DNA from: Bacteroidia bacterium
GTDB taxonomy: Bacteria > Bacteroidota > Bacteroidia > Bacteroidales > VadinHA17
Direction of reading: 5' to 3'
NCBI GenBank assembly: GCA_026391215.1
Contig: JAPLDX010000078.1
Span: forward strand, 1 to 55,535
Length of the DNA: 55,535 bases
Part shown: piece by piece, positions 30,645-39,902 of the stretch
Position numbering within the stretch: the stretch's first letter is position 1
Layout: each line of letters opens with the position of its first letter
Made by a program: the position numbers and the translations under genes
Notes under the pieces: generated by a model
Seen by the model: only the letters and a program-made list of their open reading frames with translations
The model's database searches: none
Told to the model about the DNA's origin: nothing

Positions 30645-31763
30645 TAAAATTTCTCATAAAAGGTTTACTAAGGGATAGCCACAGGAGCAGGCTTCCCCTG
30701 ATAGTAGTTGCCTTAGGTGTCATGCTGACAGTCCTTCTGACAACATGGATAAACGGCGTTCTGGGTGATTCCATTAATATGAATGCCAAGCTTTCCACAG
30801 GCCATGTCAAGGTGATCACAAAAGCATACATGGAGAGCATGGATCAGATCCCTGTCGATCTTTCACTTACGGGTACATCTGAGCTTCTTGGTGAGCTGAG
30901 AAGAGATTATCCGGATGTATCCTGGGTTGAAAGGATTCAGTTTGGGGGACTGCTTGATGTGCCTGATACTTCCGGAGAGACAAAAAGCCAGGGGCCTTTT
31001 GCCGGGCTCGCAGTTAATTTCTTCGATGCTGAATCTGGTGAAGCTGAAAGGCTTAACCTGAATAAAATAATTGTTGAAGGCAGGTTGCCTGAAGGTCCTG
31101 GTGAAATACTGGTCAGTCATACGTTCGCACAGAAGCTGGGCATCAGCATCAACGATAAGGTTACATTCATCGGCTCTACTATGTTCGGGGGTATGACAAT
31201 ATGCAATTATACTGTTTCAGGGACGATAAGGTATGGCATTTCATCTCTCGACCGCGGATCAATTATTATGGATATCTCAGACGCAAGGAAAGTCCTGGAT
31301 ATGGAAGATGCCTGCAATGAGATCCTTGGGTTCATCACAGTTGATTTTTATGATGATGCCAAAGCGACAGAGCTGATGACGTCGGAATGCCGGGCTGGTC
31401 GGGGGTTTGCGCAGGTACGGGGAGGTAGGGCTCAGGCTGGCTATGGGTGAAGAAAAGGGACACATATACAGGTCAATGATTGCTGAATCACTTTTTGTAG
31501 GAATAGCTGGTTCGGTAATTGGTGTTGCTGCCGGAATAGCTCTCTCTTATATGCTGCAACAAAAAGGCCTTGATCTCAGCGGCGCCATGCAGAATGCAAC
31601 AATGCTTATGCCGGGAGTCTTCAGGACAAGGATCACGCCGGAAGCATGGTATATAGGATTTATTCCCGGGATATTGGCAACCCTCATCGGGACAATGCTT
31701 TCGGGAATAGGTATTTACAGAAGACAGACTGCAAGACTTTTTAAGGAGCTGCAATTACAATAG
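30641..31763 (+). pseudogene. Second FtsX-like permease disrupted by an internal deletion with frameshift near 31383
   Basis: Frame 1 is permease-like to ...AKATELMTS, then another frame resumes NAGLVGGLRRYGEVGLRLAMG to stop 31763; the TM helix expected before this motif is missing. Confidence 0.8.
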
Positions 31764-31782
31764 AAGATTAAAAGAAACAAAA

Positions 31783-32514
31783 ATGAAAACATTTTTTTCT
31801 CTGTTAATTATATGTCTGACAACGTCATTATTTTCCCAGCCTTCTGGTAAAGAGATTATAAATCTTATAGATAAAAACCTGTCGGCCAAAACAAGGATCG
31901 CGTCTGCCAGGATGATCATTAACGGCGCAAGGGGAAGCAGGACAATTGAATTCAAAACATGGGCTGAAGGTGAAGACAAATCATTTACGGAATATACAAA
32001 CCCTGCCAGGGAGAAAGGCACAAAGATGCTCAAGCTTGAGGACAAGCTCTGGATCTTCTCCCCTTCCACAGACAGGATCATTCAGATCACAGGACAGATG
32101 CTCCGCCAGTCGGTAATGGGTTCGGATCTCTCCTATGAAGATATGATGGAAGATGCTGATCTCACCAGTCATTACAGTGCATCAGTTACCGGATCCGATA
32201 CTTTGCAAAACAGAAAATGCTGGATTCTTCAGCTTAATGCCCTGGCAGAAGGTGAAGCGTACCAGGTAAGAAAGATCTGGGTTGATCAGGAAAGGTATGT
32301 TCCTCTAAGGGAGGAGCTGTTTGCCAAAAGCGGCAAGCTCCTGAAGAGGACACAGTTATCGGAAGTTGAAAAGATTCAGGGCCGCTGGTTCCCCATGAAA
32401 ATTGTTTATAAGGATATGCTGAAACAAGGCGATGGCACTCAGTTTGTATTCGAAACCCTCAGCCTTGATGAATTAATTCCCGAAAATATTTTTTCGAAAG
32501 CATCGCTGAAATGA
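31783..32514 (+). CDS. LolA-like 'outer membrane lipoprotein-sorting' protein
   Basis: PAREKGTKML, LW.FSP, MGSDLSYED, F..ASL motifs; signal peptide. Confidence 0.85.
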   Translation: MKTFFSLLIICLTTSLFSQPSGKEIINLIDKNLSAKTRIASARMIINGARGSRTIEFKTWAEGEDKSFTEYTNPAREKGTKMLKLEDKLWIFSPSTDRIIQITGQMLRQSVMGSDLSYEDMMEDADLTSHYSASVTGSDTLQNRKCWILQLNALAEGEAYQVRKIWVDQERYVPLREELFAKSGKLLKRTQLSEVEKIQGRWFPMKIVYKDMLKQGDGTQFVFETLSLDELIPENIFSKASLK

Positions 32515-32532
32515 GACCAGGAAGTAATTTAT

Positions 32533-33771
32533 TCAATGATCATTTGAACAATCATAAACCAGGTTTCCGCTTACATAGGTTTGTTTGATGACCAGCTCAT
32601 TATCAATAATCTGAAACAGGATCAGATCGGCTCTTTTCCCTGGCTCAACAGTCCCTCTGTCATCAAGATTGTAAAGTCTGGCAGGATTTGTGCTTGCCAT
32701 CTGAATTGCATCCCTCAGGCTACATCCGGTAACTTTCATCACATTCCCTACTCCTTTCTTAATCGGTGAAGCCGATCCGTATAACACATTCTGTGCCGGA
32801 TACCTGAGCATTCCTGCCGTTGTCAGCTCTATTGAATCACCTTCTTCGGTAACATATTTTCCCGGTGGCAATGAACCATAACCTGTTACATCAGAGGTGA
32901 TAATGGTTTTCTCCGTCCCCTTGACTTTATAGAAAACCTTTAGTTCTTCTGCATTCAGATGAAATCCGTCACCAATAATGCTGATCATCAGGCGATCATC
33001 TGAAAGCTGCGGCCACAAGGGATTCAGATGCCGGTTGATCATATTGGCGCAACCGTTCCCGAGATGGGTAGCTATCCGGGCACCGTGGTCGGTTGCTTCC
33101 GTAATCTGTGCGGCAGAAGCATTATGATGACCAAGGGCAACAACAATTCCCTTTTCAACACATTTTGAAATAAATTCAATCGCGCCTTCTGTTTCAGGGG
33201 CAACTGTAACCTGAATAATATTGTTTCCTGATGCTTCATAAAGTGAAATGAATTCATTCCAGTCAGGCTTCCTTACAAATTTCAGCGGATGAGCCCCCCT
33301 GTAGCCATCCACCGGGGAGATATAAGGTCCTTCCAGATGAAATCCCGCTATAGAACCAAGCAAAGACGGATCATCCTTCATTCTACCAAGGATTATGAAA
33401 TTCTTTTTAAGTACCTCAAAGCTGTTGGTTGTAAGCGTCGGAAGGTATGTTGTCACACCTGTTTTCCATAATTCCTGAGTTGCTTTCTTCACACCTTCAG
33501 CAGTTAGCTCACCCCCTCCGAAAGTGAATGAGATACCTGCGAATCCGTTTACCTGATTATCGATCAGTCCGGGAGCAATATACAATACTGTGTTTTTTTT
33601 AGCAGGCTTTCCGATCCTCATTATTCCTGATATTTTCCCATCCTTTATGGTAATCAAGACTGGCGTTCCGTCGGAATACAGCAGTCCTTCAATGCGGGGC
33701 TGGTTTTGATTACAGGATATAAGTGTAATAATAACACTTATAATCAAAAAGTGGAATTTCATTAATCTCAC
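32533..33771 (-). CDS. nagA: N-acetylglucosamine-6-phosphate deacetylase-like amidohydrolase with lipoprotein signal
   Basis: PGLIDNQVNG, HLEGPYI, GAHP, VAPE, THLGN, DGFH; N-terminal TLISC lipobox. Confidence 0.85.
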   Translation of the reverse strand: MRLMKFHFLIISVIITLISCNQNQPRIEGLLYSDGTPVLITIKDGKISGIMRIGKPAKKNTVLYIAPGLIDNQVNGFAGISFTFGGGELTAEGVKKATQELWKTGVTTYLPTLTTNSFEVLKKNFIILGRMKDDPSLLGSIAGFHLEGPYISPVDGYRGAHPLKFVRKPDWNEFISLYEASGNNIIQVTVAPETEGAIEFISKCVEKGIVVALGHHNASAAQITEATDHGARIATHLGNGCANMINRHLNPLWPQLSDDRLMISIIGDGFHLNAEELKVFYKVKGTEKTIITSDVTGYGSLPPGKYVTEEGDSIELTTAGMLRYPAQNVLYGSASPIKKGVGNVMKVTGCSLRDAIQMASTNPARLYNLDDRGTVEPGKRADLILFQIIDNELVIKQTYVSGNLVYDCSNDH

Positions 33772-33867
33772 GGTCAGGTAAACTCTAAAATTCTTTTAAA
33801 AATAACACTTAAATAGTTGAATAGTGCATGCAACTGCTTAAATTTAACAATGATTAATAAGAGAACT

Positions 33868-35340
33868 ATGGACCGCAGGAATTTTTCAAGAAAAATGATG
33901 ATGGCAGGACTTGCCTTGCCTGCAATGAACTTAAATTCAGAAACTATTCCCGGAAAAACTGAATACGTTAAAGAAGATGTTAAAAAGCTTCCTTCCAGGG
34001 AATTTGATGTAGTTGTTGCCGGAGGGGGGACCGCCGGTGCCGTTGCAGCAATGGCAGCAGCGAGAACCGGAGCAAAAACTGCTCTGATTGAAGGAAAAGG
34101 ATATGTCGGAGGAACAGTTGTTGAAGGTGGAACAGCACTTCACAGTTTCTTTAACCTGTGGAAGGCATTTCCGGGTGTGGAAAAACGCCAGGTAGTCAAA
34201 GGAATAGCTCAGGAGATAATCGACCGGCTGCTCCTGGTGGGAGGCACGACAGGACATGGAGATGTGACCGGTAAAATAGATTATGACTGTGTCTGCACCG
34301 CAATTGATACGGAATTGTACAAACTTGTTGCCATGGAAATGCTTGCAGAGGCCGGGGTTTCGCTCTTTACGAATACACTGGTCGCAGGGGCAAAGAAAAA
34401 AGGTTCATTAATTGAGGGTGTAATCACTCAGAGCAGGATGGGCAGAGAGTATTTCAAGGGTAAATGCTTTATAGACAGTACAGCTTATGGGGATCTTTCC
34501 GCCTGGGCCGGAGCCGGATTTGTTGAATTGAATGACCATCCGGTCTGCAACAGTATGGGACTTGGCAATGTAAACATTGAAAAACTGTATGCATACCTCA
34601 CGAAAAACAATGCATTGGGCGACCTTGGATGGGGGCTCCGCGACGGAAAAGAAGGGCAGATAATAAGATTCGGCAGCGAAAGCGGATATACTATCAGGGG
34701 CAAGCTGCCACAGGAATTTGTTGATGGAGTTGTAAAGCTGGGATCAGGACTCATCACAACAACAGTTCATGATAATTACCTGATGTTTATCAAGGTGAAT
34801 TATAAAATGCCGGTAAGTCCGACAAACAGGGATGAGGTAGCAAAGGCTGAATTGCTGATAAGGAAAAACCAGTATAAGACCCTGGAATTATTCAGAAAAT
34901 ATCTGCCCGGTTGTGAAAATGCCTTCATCGCACGAACCAGCCCTTCGTTGAATATCAGGCGTGGAAGGACTATAACATGCGATTATGATATTTCCCTTTC
35001 CGATATTATTGAAGCAAGACATTTTGATGATGAAATAATGGTATATGGTTTCCATGATTCTGCTCCGCGTTACCAGGTTAAAAACGGCGGGACGTATGGT
35101 GTACCCTATAAAGCACTGCGTGTCAAAGGTATTGATAACCTCCTGGCAGCTGGGATGCTTATAACAACTGATTTCCAGGCACATATGTCGACCAGAAATA
35201 CCGTTTGCTGCATGGGGCAGGGACAAGCTGCCGGTACTGCTGCGGCATTATGTGCTTCAAAGAATATCGGAACACGCGATCTGAAATATCCCGAACTCAG
35301 AAGTGCTCTTGAGAAGGGGAATGTATATTTTGAAGGTTAG
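33868..35340 (+). CDS. Tat-signal FAD-dependent oxidoreductase (FAD_oxidored family)
   Basis: DRRNFS; DVVVAGGGTAG, IDSTAYGD, MGQGQAAGTAAAL; track start 33817. Confidence 0.85.
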   Translation: MDRRNFSRKMMMAGLALPAMNLNSETIPGKTEYVKEDVKKLPSREFDVVVAGGGTAGAVAAMAAARTGAKTALIEGKGYVGGTVVEGGTALHSFFNLWKAFPGVEKRQVVKGIAQEIIDRLLLVGGTTGHGDVTGKIDYDCVCTAIDTELYKLVAMEMLAEAGVSLFTNTLVAGAKKKGSLIEGVITQSRMGREYFKGKCFIDSTAYGDLSAWAGAGFVELNDHPVCNSMGLGNVNIEKLYAYLTKNNALGDLGWGLRDGKEGQIIRFGSESGYTIRGKLPQEFVDGVVKLGSGLITTTVHDNYLMFIKVNYKMPVSPTNRDEVAKAELLIRKNQYKTLELFRKYLPGCENAFIARTSPSLNIRRGRTITCDYDISLSDIIEARHFDDEIMVYGFHDSAPRYQVKNGGTYGVPYKALRVKGIDNLLAAGMLITTDFQAHMSTRNTVCCMGQGQAAGTAAALCASKNIGTRDLKYPELRSALEKGNVYFEG

Positions 35341-35357
35341 GGCCAGGAGGGCTAAAA

Positions 35358-36119
35358 TTATTTAACAACATTCACCCACGCTTCTGCCATAAGCTGGGCA
35401 CCGGCAAGAGACGGATGAACCCCGTCGCCGGTCCAGTATGAGCCGGGAGCCAGCTTCTGCGCTTCATCAAAAACACTCTGATAAGGGATGAAAACTGCAC
35501 CAAACTGAGCTGCAATATCCCTTGCTGCCTTCTGGTAATCATAAAATTCAGGATACCATTTTTCATCGACGGCTTTTACTCCATTAACTGCAAATGGCTC
35601 ACAAATAATGAGTTTCACATTCGGAAGAACGGTTTTTGTCCTTTCAAGAAGTCCGATATAATCATTCCTGTATATTTCGACTGTTCCGTCATACCTTCCG
35701 TTCAGCTTATGCCAAATATCATTAACTCCGATAAGAATGCTCAGAATATCCGGTTTGATCTCAAGGCAATCTTTATCCCATCGCTCTGCAAGCTGGAACA
35801 CTTTATTCCCTGATATACCTTTATTATATATCTTCAGGTCAAGGGATGCATATTTTTTAAGAAGAGATGCTGCGGCAAGTACCGGGTACCCTGATCCAAG
35901 GTGTCTTGCAGTGTTGTAGCTCATATCTTCCTTATTCCTGCCGGCATCAGTAATCGAGTCACCCTGGAAAAGGATGGTCTGACCTTTCAGCAGTGTTATT
36001 CTTTTCACACTGCCTTTTGTCATAGCAGCCGAGAGTATCTCGGGGATGCTCACAGTTGCTAATGTGCCAAGAGCAGCTTTCTTAAGGAAACTGCGGCGTG
36101 AATTGTTCTGATTTTCCAT
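35358..36119 (-). CDS. Tat-exported SGNH/GDSL hydrolase
   Basis: SRRSFLK; GDSITD, GISGN, GVND, DGVHP. Confidence 0.92.
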   Translation of the reverse strand: MENQNNSRRSFLKKAALGTLATVSIPEILSAAMTKGSVKRITLLKGQTILFQGDSITDAGRNKEDMSYNTARHLGSGYPVLAAASLLKKYASLDLKIYNKGISGNKVFQLAERWDKDCLEIKPDILSILIGVNDIWHKLNGRYDGTVEIYRNDYIGLLERTKTVLPNVKLIICEPFAVNGVKAVDEKWYPEFYDYQKAARDIAAQFGAVFIPYQSVFDEAQKLAPGSYWTGDGVHPSLAGAQLMAEAWVNVVK

Positions 36120-36137
36120 ATTGAAAAATATAAATTG

Positions 36138-37670
36138 CTATTTCTTAAACTCAATTTTAAATCCAGGTACCTGCCATGATGGAAGTTTAACGGGTTTACT
36201 TATTATCAAACCAGATCCTTCCTGTTTCCATTGAAGGTTCTCATTGCTTCCTAACAAGGAAACAGATTTTACTATTTTATTAACCAGTGTTGAGTTTTTA
36301 CCAAGTGAAGATATAATAATATCATCAGTTGGTGAAACCATACAAAAGGCATACAGAGTATCGCCTTTGGAAGTGAAACGGATATCAGATGCCTCATAAG
36401 GCCTTACATCTTTCACGCCTCCGAAAGTTCCTTTTTCCTGTTTCTTCATTGAGGGCCCTTCGCCAAATACTTTCCAGGGACGGGTACCATAAATGCCTTC
36501 ACCGTTTACCGGTGTCCATGCTGCAATCTCATCCAGGATTGCAAGAACATCGGGTTCAAGATCTCCTTCAGGAGTTTGTACAACATTCAGCAAAAGGTTG
36601 CCATTTTTACTAACTATATCCACAAGCATCTGGATAACTTCGGTCCCGGTCATATATTTCTGGCCGGTACGGTAATACCAGTCGCCTATCGAGGTATCTG
36701 TCTGCCAGGGATCAACGCTGATCGAATCCATTGCGCCCCGTTCAATATCCCTGACCCATCTTCCCTCTGAAATAAGATGCTTGCAGGTATATACAGCTTC
36801 AAGGTTACCCCCATTCTTCAAAATATCCTGATTGTAATAATGAGCGAGCATAGTTCTTCCCACTTCTTCGAAAGGCAGTTCGCCATCGGAATAAAGAAGA
36901 TCGGGATGATACATATCAATAAGTTCGGTAATGCATGCCAGCCAGTTTTGCTTGTTTGTAGAATCTTTTGTCAGCCACTGAACATCTTCCGATGCTGTTT
37001 TCGGATGGTAAAGGTCCTGATACTCAGGATTGGCTCCGTCGTATAGAACTCCCTTCATAGGTCCGGTCTTATCAGCACCATGGCTTGGCTGAAACCAGGT
37101 GTAGCTTGCACCAAGGTGTTCACTCAGTCCAAAACGGAGCCCTTCCTTTTTTGCAGCCTGCTGCCATAGTCCTACAACATCTTTCATCGGACCCATATTT
37201 ACTGCATTCCACCTGTGTATCTTCGAATCCCAGAGGAAGAAATTGTCATGATGCGTTGCCATGCTGACAAAATATTTTGCTCCCACTCTTTTATAAAGCG
37301 CCATCAGCTTTTCAGGATCCCATTTTTCAGCTTTCCAGAGAGGAATTATATCCTTATATCCGAATTTTGAGGGGTGGCCATAATGTTCCAGATGGTATTT
37401 ATAGGCTGGATCTTTTTCGAGATACATCCTTCTGGCGTACCAGTCGCCCTGACGCGGTACGGCCTGAGGTCCCCAATGTGCCCAGATGCCGAATTTGGCA
37501 TCACGGAACCACTCGGGATAGATGTACTGTTTAAAGGATTCAAGCTCTGGTTTGAATGAAGCAGTAAACAGGGTTTGTTCCTGTTTTGCCGGTTTACTTG
37601 TACAGGATACGGCAAAGGCTGCAACTACAATAAATACCAGAACTGAAATGAATAATCGGTTGGTTTTCAT
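36138..37670 (-). CDS. GH29 alpha-L-fucosidase-family lipoprotein
   Basis: PEWFRDAKFGIWAHWG, HHDNF.LWDS, LLYSDG, VSKNGNLLLN; lipobox AVSC; track start 37721. Confidence 0.92.
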   Translation of the reverse strand: MKTNRLFISVLVFIVVAAFAVSCTSKPAKQEQTLFTASFKPELESFKQYIYPEWFRDAKFGIWAHWGPQAVPRQGDWYARRMYLEKDPAYKYHLEHYGHPSKFGYKDIIPLWKAEKWDPEKLMALYKRVGAKYFVSMATHHDNFFLWDSKIHRWNAVNMGPMKDVVGLWQQAAKKEGLRFGLSEHLGASYTWFQPSHGADKTGPMKGVLYDGANPEYQDLYHPKTASEDVQWLTKDSTNKQNWLACITELIDMYHPDLLYSDGELPFEEVGRTMLAHYYNQDILKNGGNLEAVYTCKHLISEGRWVRDIERGAMDSISVDPWQTDTSIGDWYYRTGQKYMTGTEVIQMLVDIVSKNGNLLLNVVQTPEGDLEPDVLAILDEIAAWTPVNGEGIYGTRPWKVFGEGPSMKKQEKGTFGGVKDVRPYEASDIRFTSKGDTLYAFCMVSPTDDIIISSLGKNSTLVNKIVKSVSLLGSNENLQWKQEGSGLIISKPVKLPSWQVPGFKIEFKK

Positions 37671-37717
37671 AGTCATTTTACTTTTATCTTTTATCTTGCC
37701 TGACGCCTGTAGCCGAT

Positions 37718-38854
37718 TCAATATCTCACCTTTATTTTAATAGCACCCTCCACTGGTTTATCTGAAACAACAATCACATATCCCCCTCCACTGCCTGATG
37801 TAATAGCACCGGGATAATTAGAAAAATATTTTGTTTCAAGTTCATTCATGACCCAATCCGGAACTGTAAGTGGAAGCATCTTTTCCCAGGCTAATAAAGT
37901 ATCAGTCATTGATCTTCCAAGTCCTTTTATGTCTCTTTTCAGAACAGACGCCCAGCATCTGTCTCCCGCCTCTCCAAGTTCCTTTACCAGGGATTTTTCG
38001 AGATTCATTATCTTCAGAGGATCATATCCCTCTGGCCGCGGCTCAAGCGGGACAAGATGAATAACTTCCGACAGCCAGTCACAGGTTTTCTTATCTGTAA
38101 CTGATTCTATTTTCTCCGGCCAGTATTCACCCCTGTAACAGAGCCGGTTAATTCCAGGGTAAAGCAAACCTATCTGATCCTGTGAACCGGATACATACTG
38201 TTTACAGGGTGGATTCTCTGCACCAAACAGGAGCCTTGCGTTTTCTTTATAATCACCTGCCGGGTAATTGTCGCCCCAGAGCTTAATTCCGATTTTCCTG
38301 GAGCTTGTCGCCAGCCCTGACCGGTCGTTGAAATCCATCGTCGGCCATATCTGGGCAACCACCACAGAACCGGGGTGGATCTTTGAAACCCAGGGCTGAT
38401 CGATCCAGCCACCGGCAAGACACAATCTGTATGGAAACCTCATATCTCTTTTTGTTTCTGAACTCGATCTTGCCGTCAATCCCGGCTCCGGAATACGTTC
38501 AAGAACAAGATATTCTATCCCAAGTTTTTTGCAAAGCTTCTCTTTATCTGAGGTATGTCCGTCGCGGTTGACAATGAAAATATCTGGTTTTAACCTCTTC
38601 ATGTCCGGTTCAAAGTCGAGCATCCCTGTACCTGAAGCAAGAAAGGCATCATGAACATATCTTATCGATTTTACTATATATAATCGCTCTTCTTCAGAGA
38701 AGACAGGCTTCTTCCCTTTCAGAGAAAGAAGGTTTTCATCTCTTCCGATGCTGACATATAAATCACCATAAGTTGAGGCTGTTTTAAAAAAAGCTATATG
38801 CCCGCCATGAAGCAGGTCATAACATCCGCTGACAAGAACTTTCTTAACCTTCAT
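37718..38854 (-). CDS. HxGH nucleotidyltransferase fused to a GHMP-type sugar kinase domain
   Basis: GCYDLLHGGH and RSSS; then RLCLAGGWID, SGLATSS, SGSQDQ, GSGGGY resembling fucokinase/HddA motifs. Confidence 0.78.
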   Translation of the reverse strand: MKVKKVLVSGCYDLLHGGHIAFFKTASTYGDLYVSIGRDENLLSLKGKKPVFSEEERLYIVKSIRYVHDAFLASGTGMLDFEPDMKRLKPDIFIVNRDGHTSDKEKLCKKLGIEYLVLERIPEPGLTARSSSETKRDMRFPYRLCLAGGWIDQPWVSKIHPGSVVVAQIWPTMDFNDRSGLATSSRKIGIKLWGDNYPAGDYKENARLLFGAENPPCKQYVSGSQDQIGLLYPGINRLCYRGEYWPEKIESVTDKKTCDWLSEVIHLVPLEPRPEGYDPLKIMNLEKSLVKELGEAGDRCWASVLKRDIKGLGRSMTDTLLAWEKMLPLTVPDWVMNELETKYFSNYPGAITSGSGGGYVIVVSDKPVEGAIKIKVRY

Positions 38855-38866
38855 ATACAGTTGAGG

Positions 38867-39865
38867 CTACTTGTTGAATCTCTCTTTCTTCTTTTTATCC
38901 TGCTCTGTGACAATCTGTTCCCTGATCCAGTCGTATGTCTTCTTCATGCCTTTTCTGAGAGGAATAGAAGGTTCCCACCCGAGATATTGCCTTATAAGTG
39001 TATTCTCGCTGTTTCTTCCCCTTACCCCTTTAGGAGCATTAAGATCATATTTTCTTTCCAGCTTATAGCCTGCGATATCTTCAACAATATCAACAAGTTC
39101 ATTAATTGAGACCATTTCGCTGCTCCCCAGGTTGATAGGTTCAGTAATGTTGCTGTACATGATATCCTGTATTCCTTTGATACAGTCTTCAATATACATA
39201 AAGCTCCTTGTCTGTAGTCCGTCTCCCCAAATAACAATCTCCTTATTCCCTGAAATTCCGGCTTCAATTACTTTACGGCAGATCGCTGCCGGAGCTTTTT
39301 CCCTGCCTCCGTCATAAGTGCCATAAGGTCCATATACATTATGGAATCTTGCTACTCTTGTGGTAATTCCGAAATCTTCCCTGAAGTGCCTGCACATACG
39401 CTCGCTGAATAGTTTTTCCCAGCCATAGCCATCCTCTGCAAGCGCAGGGTAGGCATCCGATTCCTTCAGACCCGGATTATCGGTATCTGTCTGTTTATCA
39501 CCATTATAAACACATGCTGATGACGAATAAAAAAATCTATCTATTACGTTGTCACGCGATGCAATAAGAAGATGAGTATTGATCAGGACACTTATCATAC
39601 AAGCAGCCTTATTGTTCTCAATAAAACCCATTCCCCCCATATCAGCAGCCAGGTTGAATACTTCATTAAAGCCATTCACTGCCTTATAACAGTTTTCCCT
39701 GAGACGCAGGTCAAGGGTCAGGTTTTCTGATTCATCTGAGATCTGGTACCAATCATCCAATTGTTTAATGTCGACAGCTCTAACACTGTGCCCTTGTCTG
39801 ATAAGCTGTTTAACGAGATGCCCTGCTATAAATCCACCTGCTCCTGTTACAACTATTTTTTTCAT
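38867..39865 (-). CDS. GDP-mannose 3,5-epimerase-like extended SDR
   Basis: TGAGGFIA, NLAADMGGMGFI, SSACVY, YGWEK, GGREKAPAAICRK, GVRGRNS match the GME subfamily. Confidence 0.88.
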   Translation of the reverse strand: MKKIVVTGAGGFIAGHLVKQLIRQGHSVRAVDIKQLDDWYQISDESENLTLDLRLRENCYKAVNGFNEVFNLAADMGGMGFIENNKAACMISVLINTHLLIASRDNVIDRFFYSSSACVYNGDKQTDTDNPGLKESDAYPALAEDGYGWEKLFSERMCRHFREDFGITTRVARFHNVYGPYGTYDGGREKAPAAICRKVIEAGISGNKEIVIWGDGLQTRSFMYIEDCIKGIQDIMYSNITEPINLGSSEMVSINELVDIVEDIAGYKLERKYDLNAPKGVRGRNSENTLIRQYLGWEPSIPLRKGMKKTYDWIREQIVTEQDKKKKERFNK

Positions 39866-39902
39866 ATTATGAATTACAAAAGTTTGTTCTTAATAAATAA
39901 AA

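Noticed and set aside
31370-31450. Programmed ribosomal frameshift in the permease
   Set aside because: No slippery sequence, and coding sequence is missing, so frameshifting would not restore the protein
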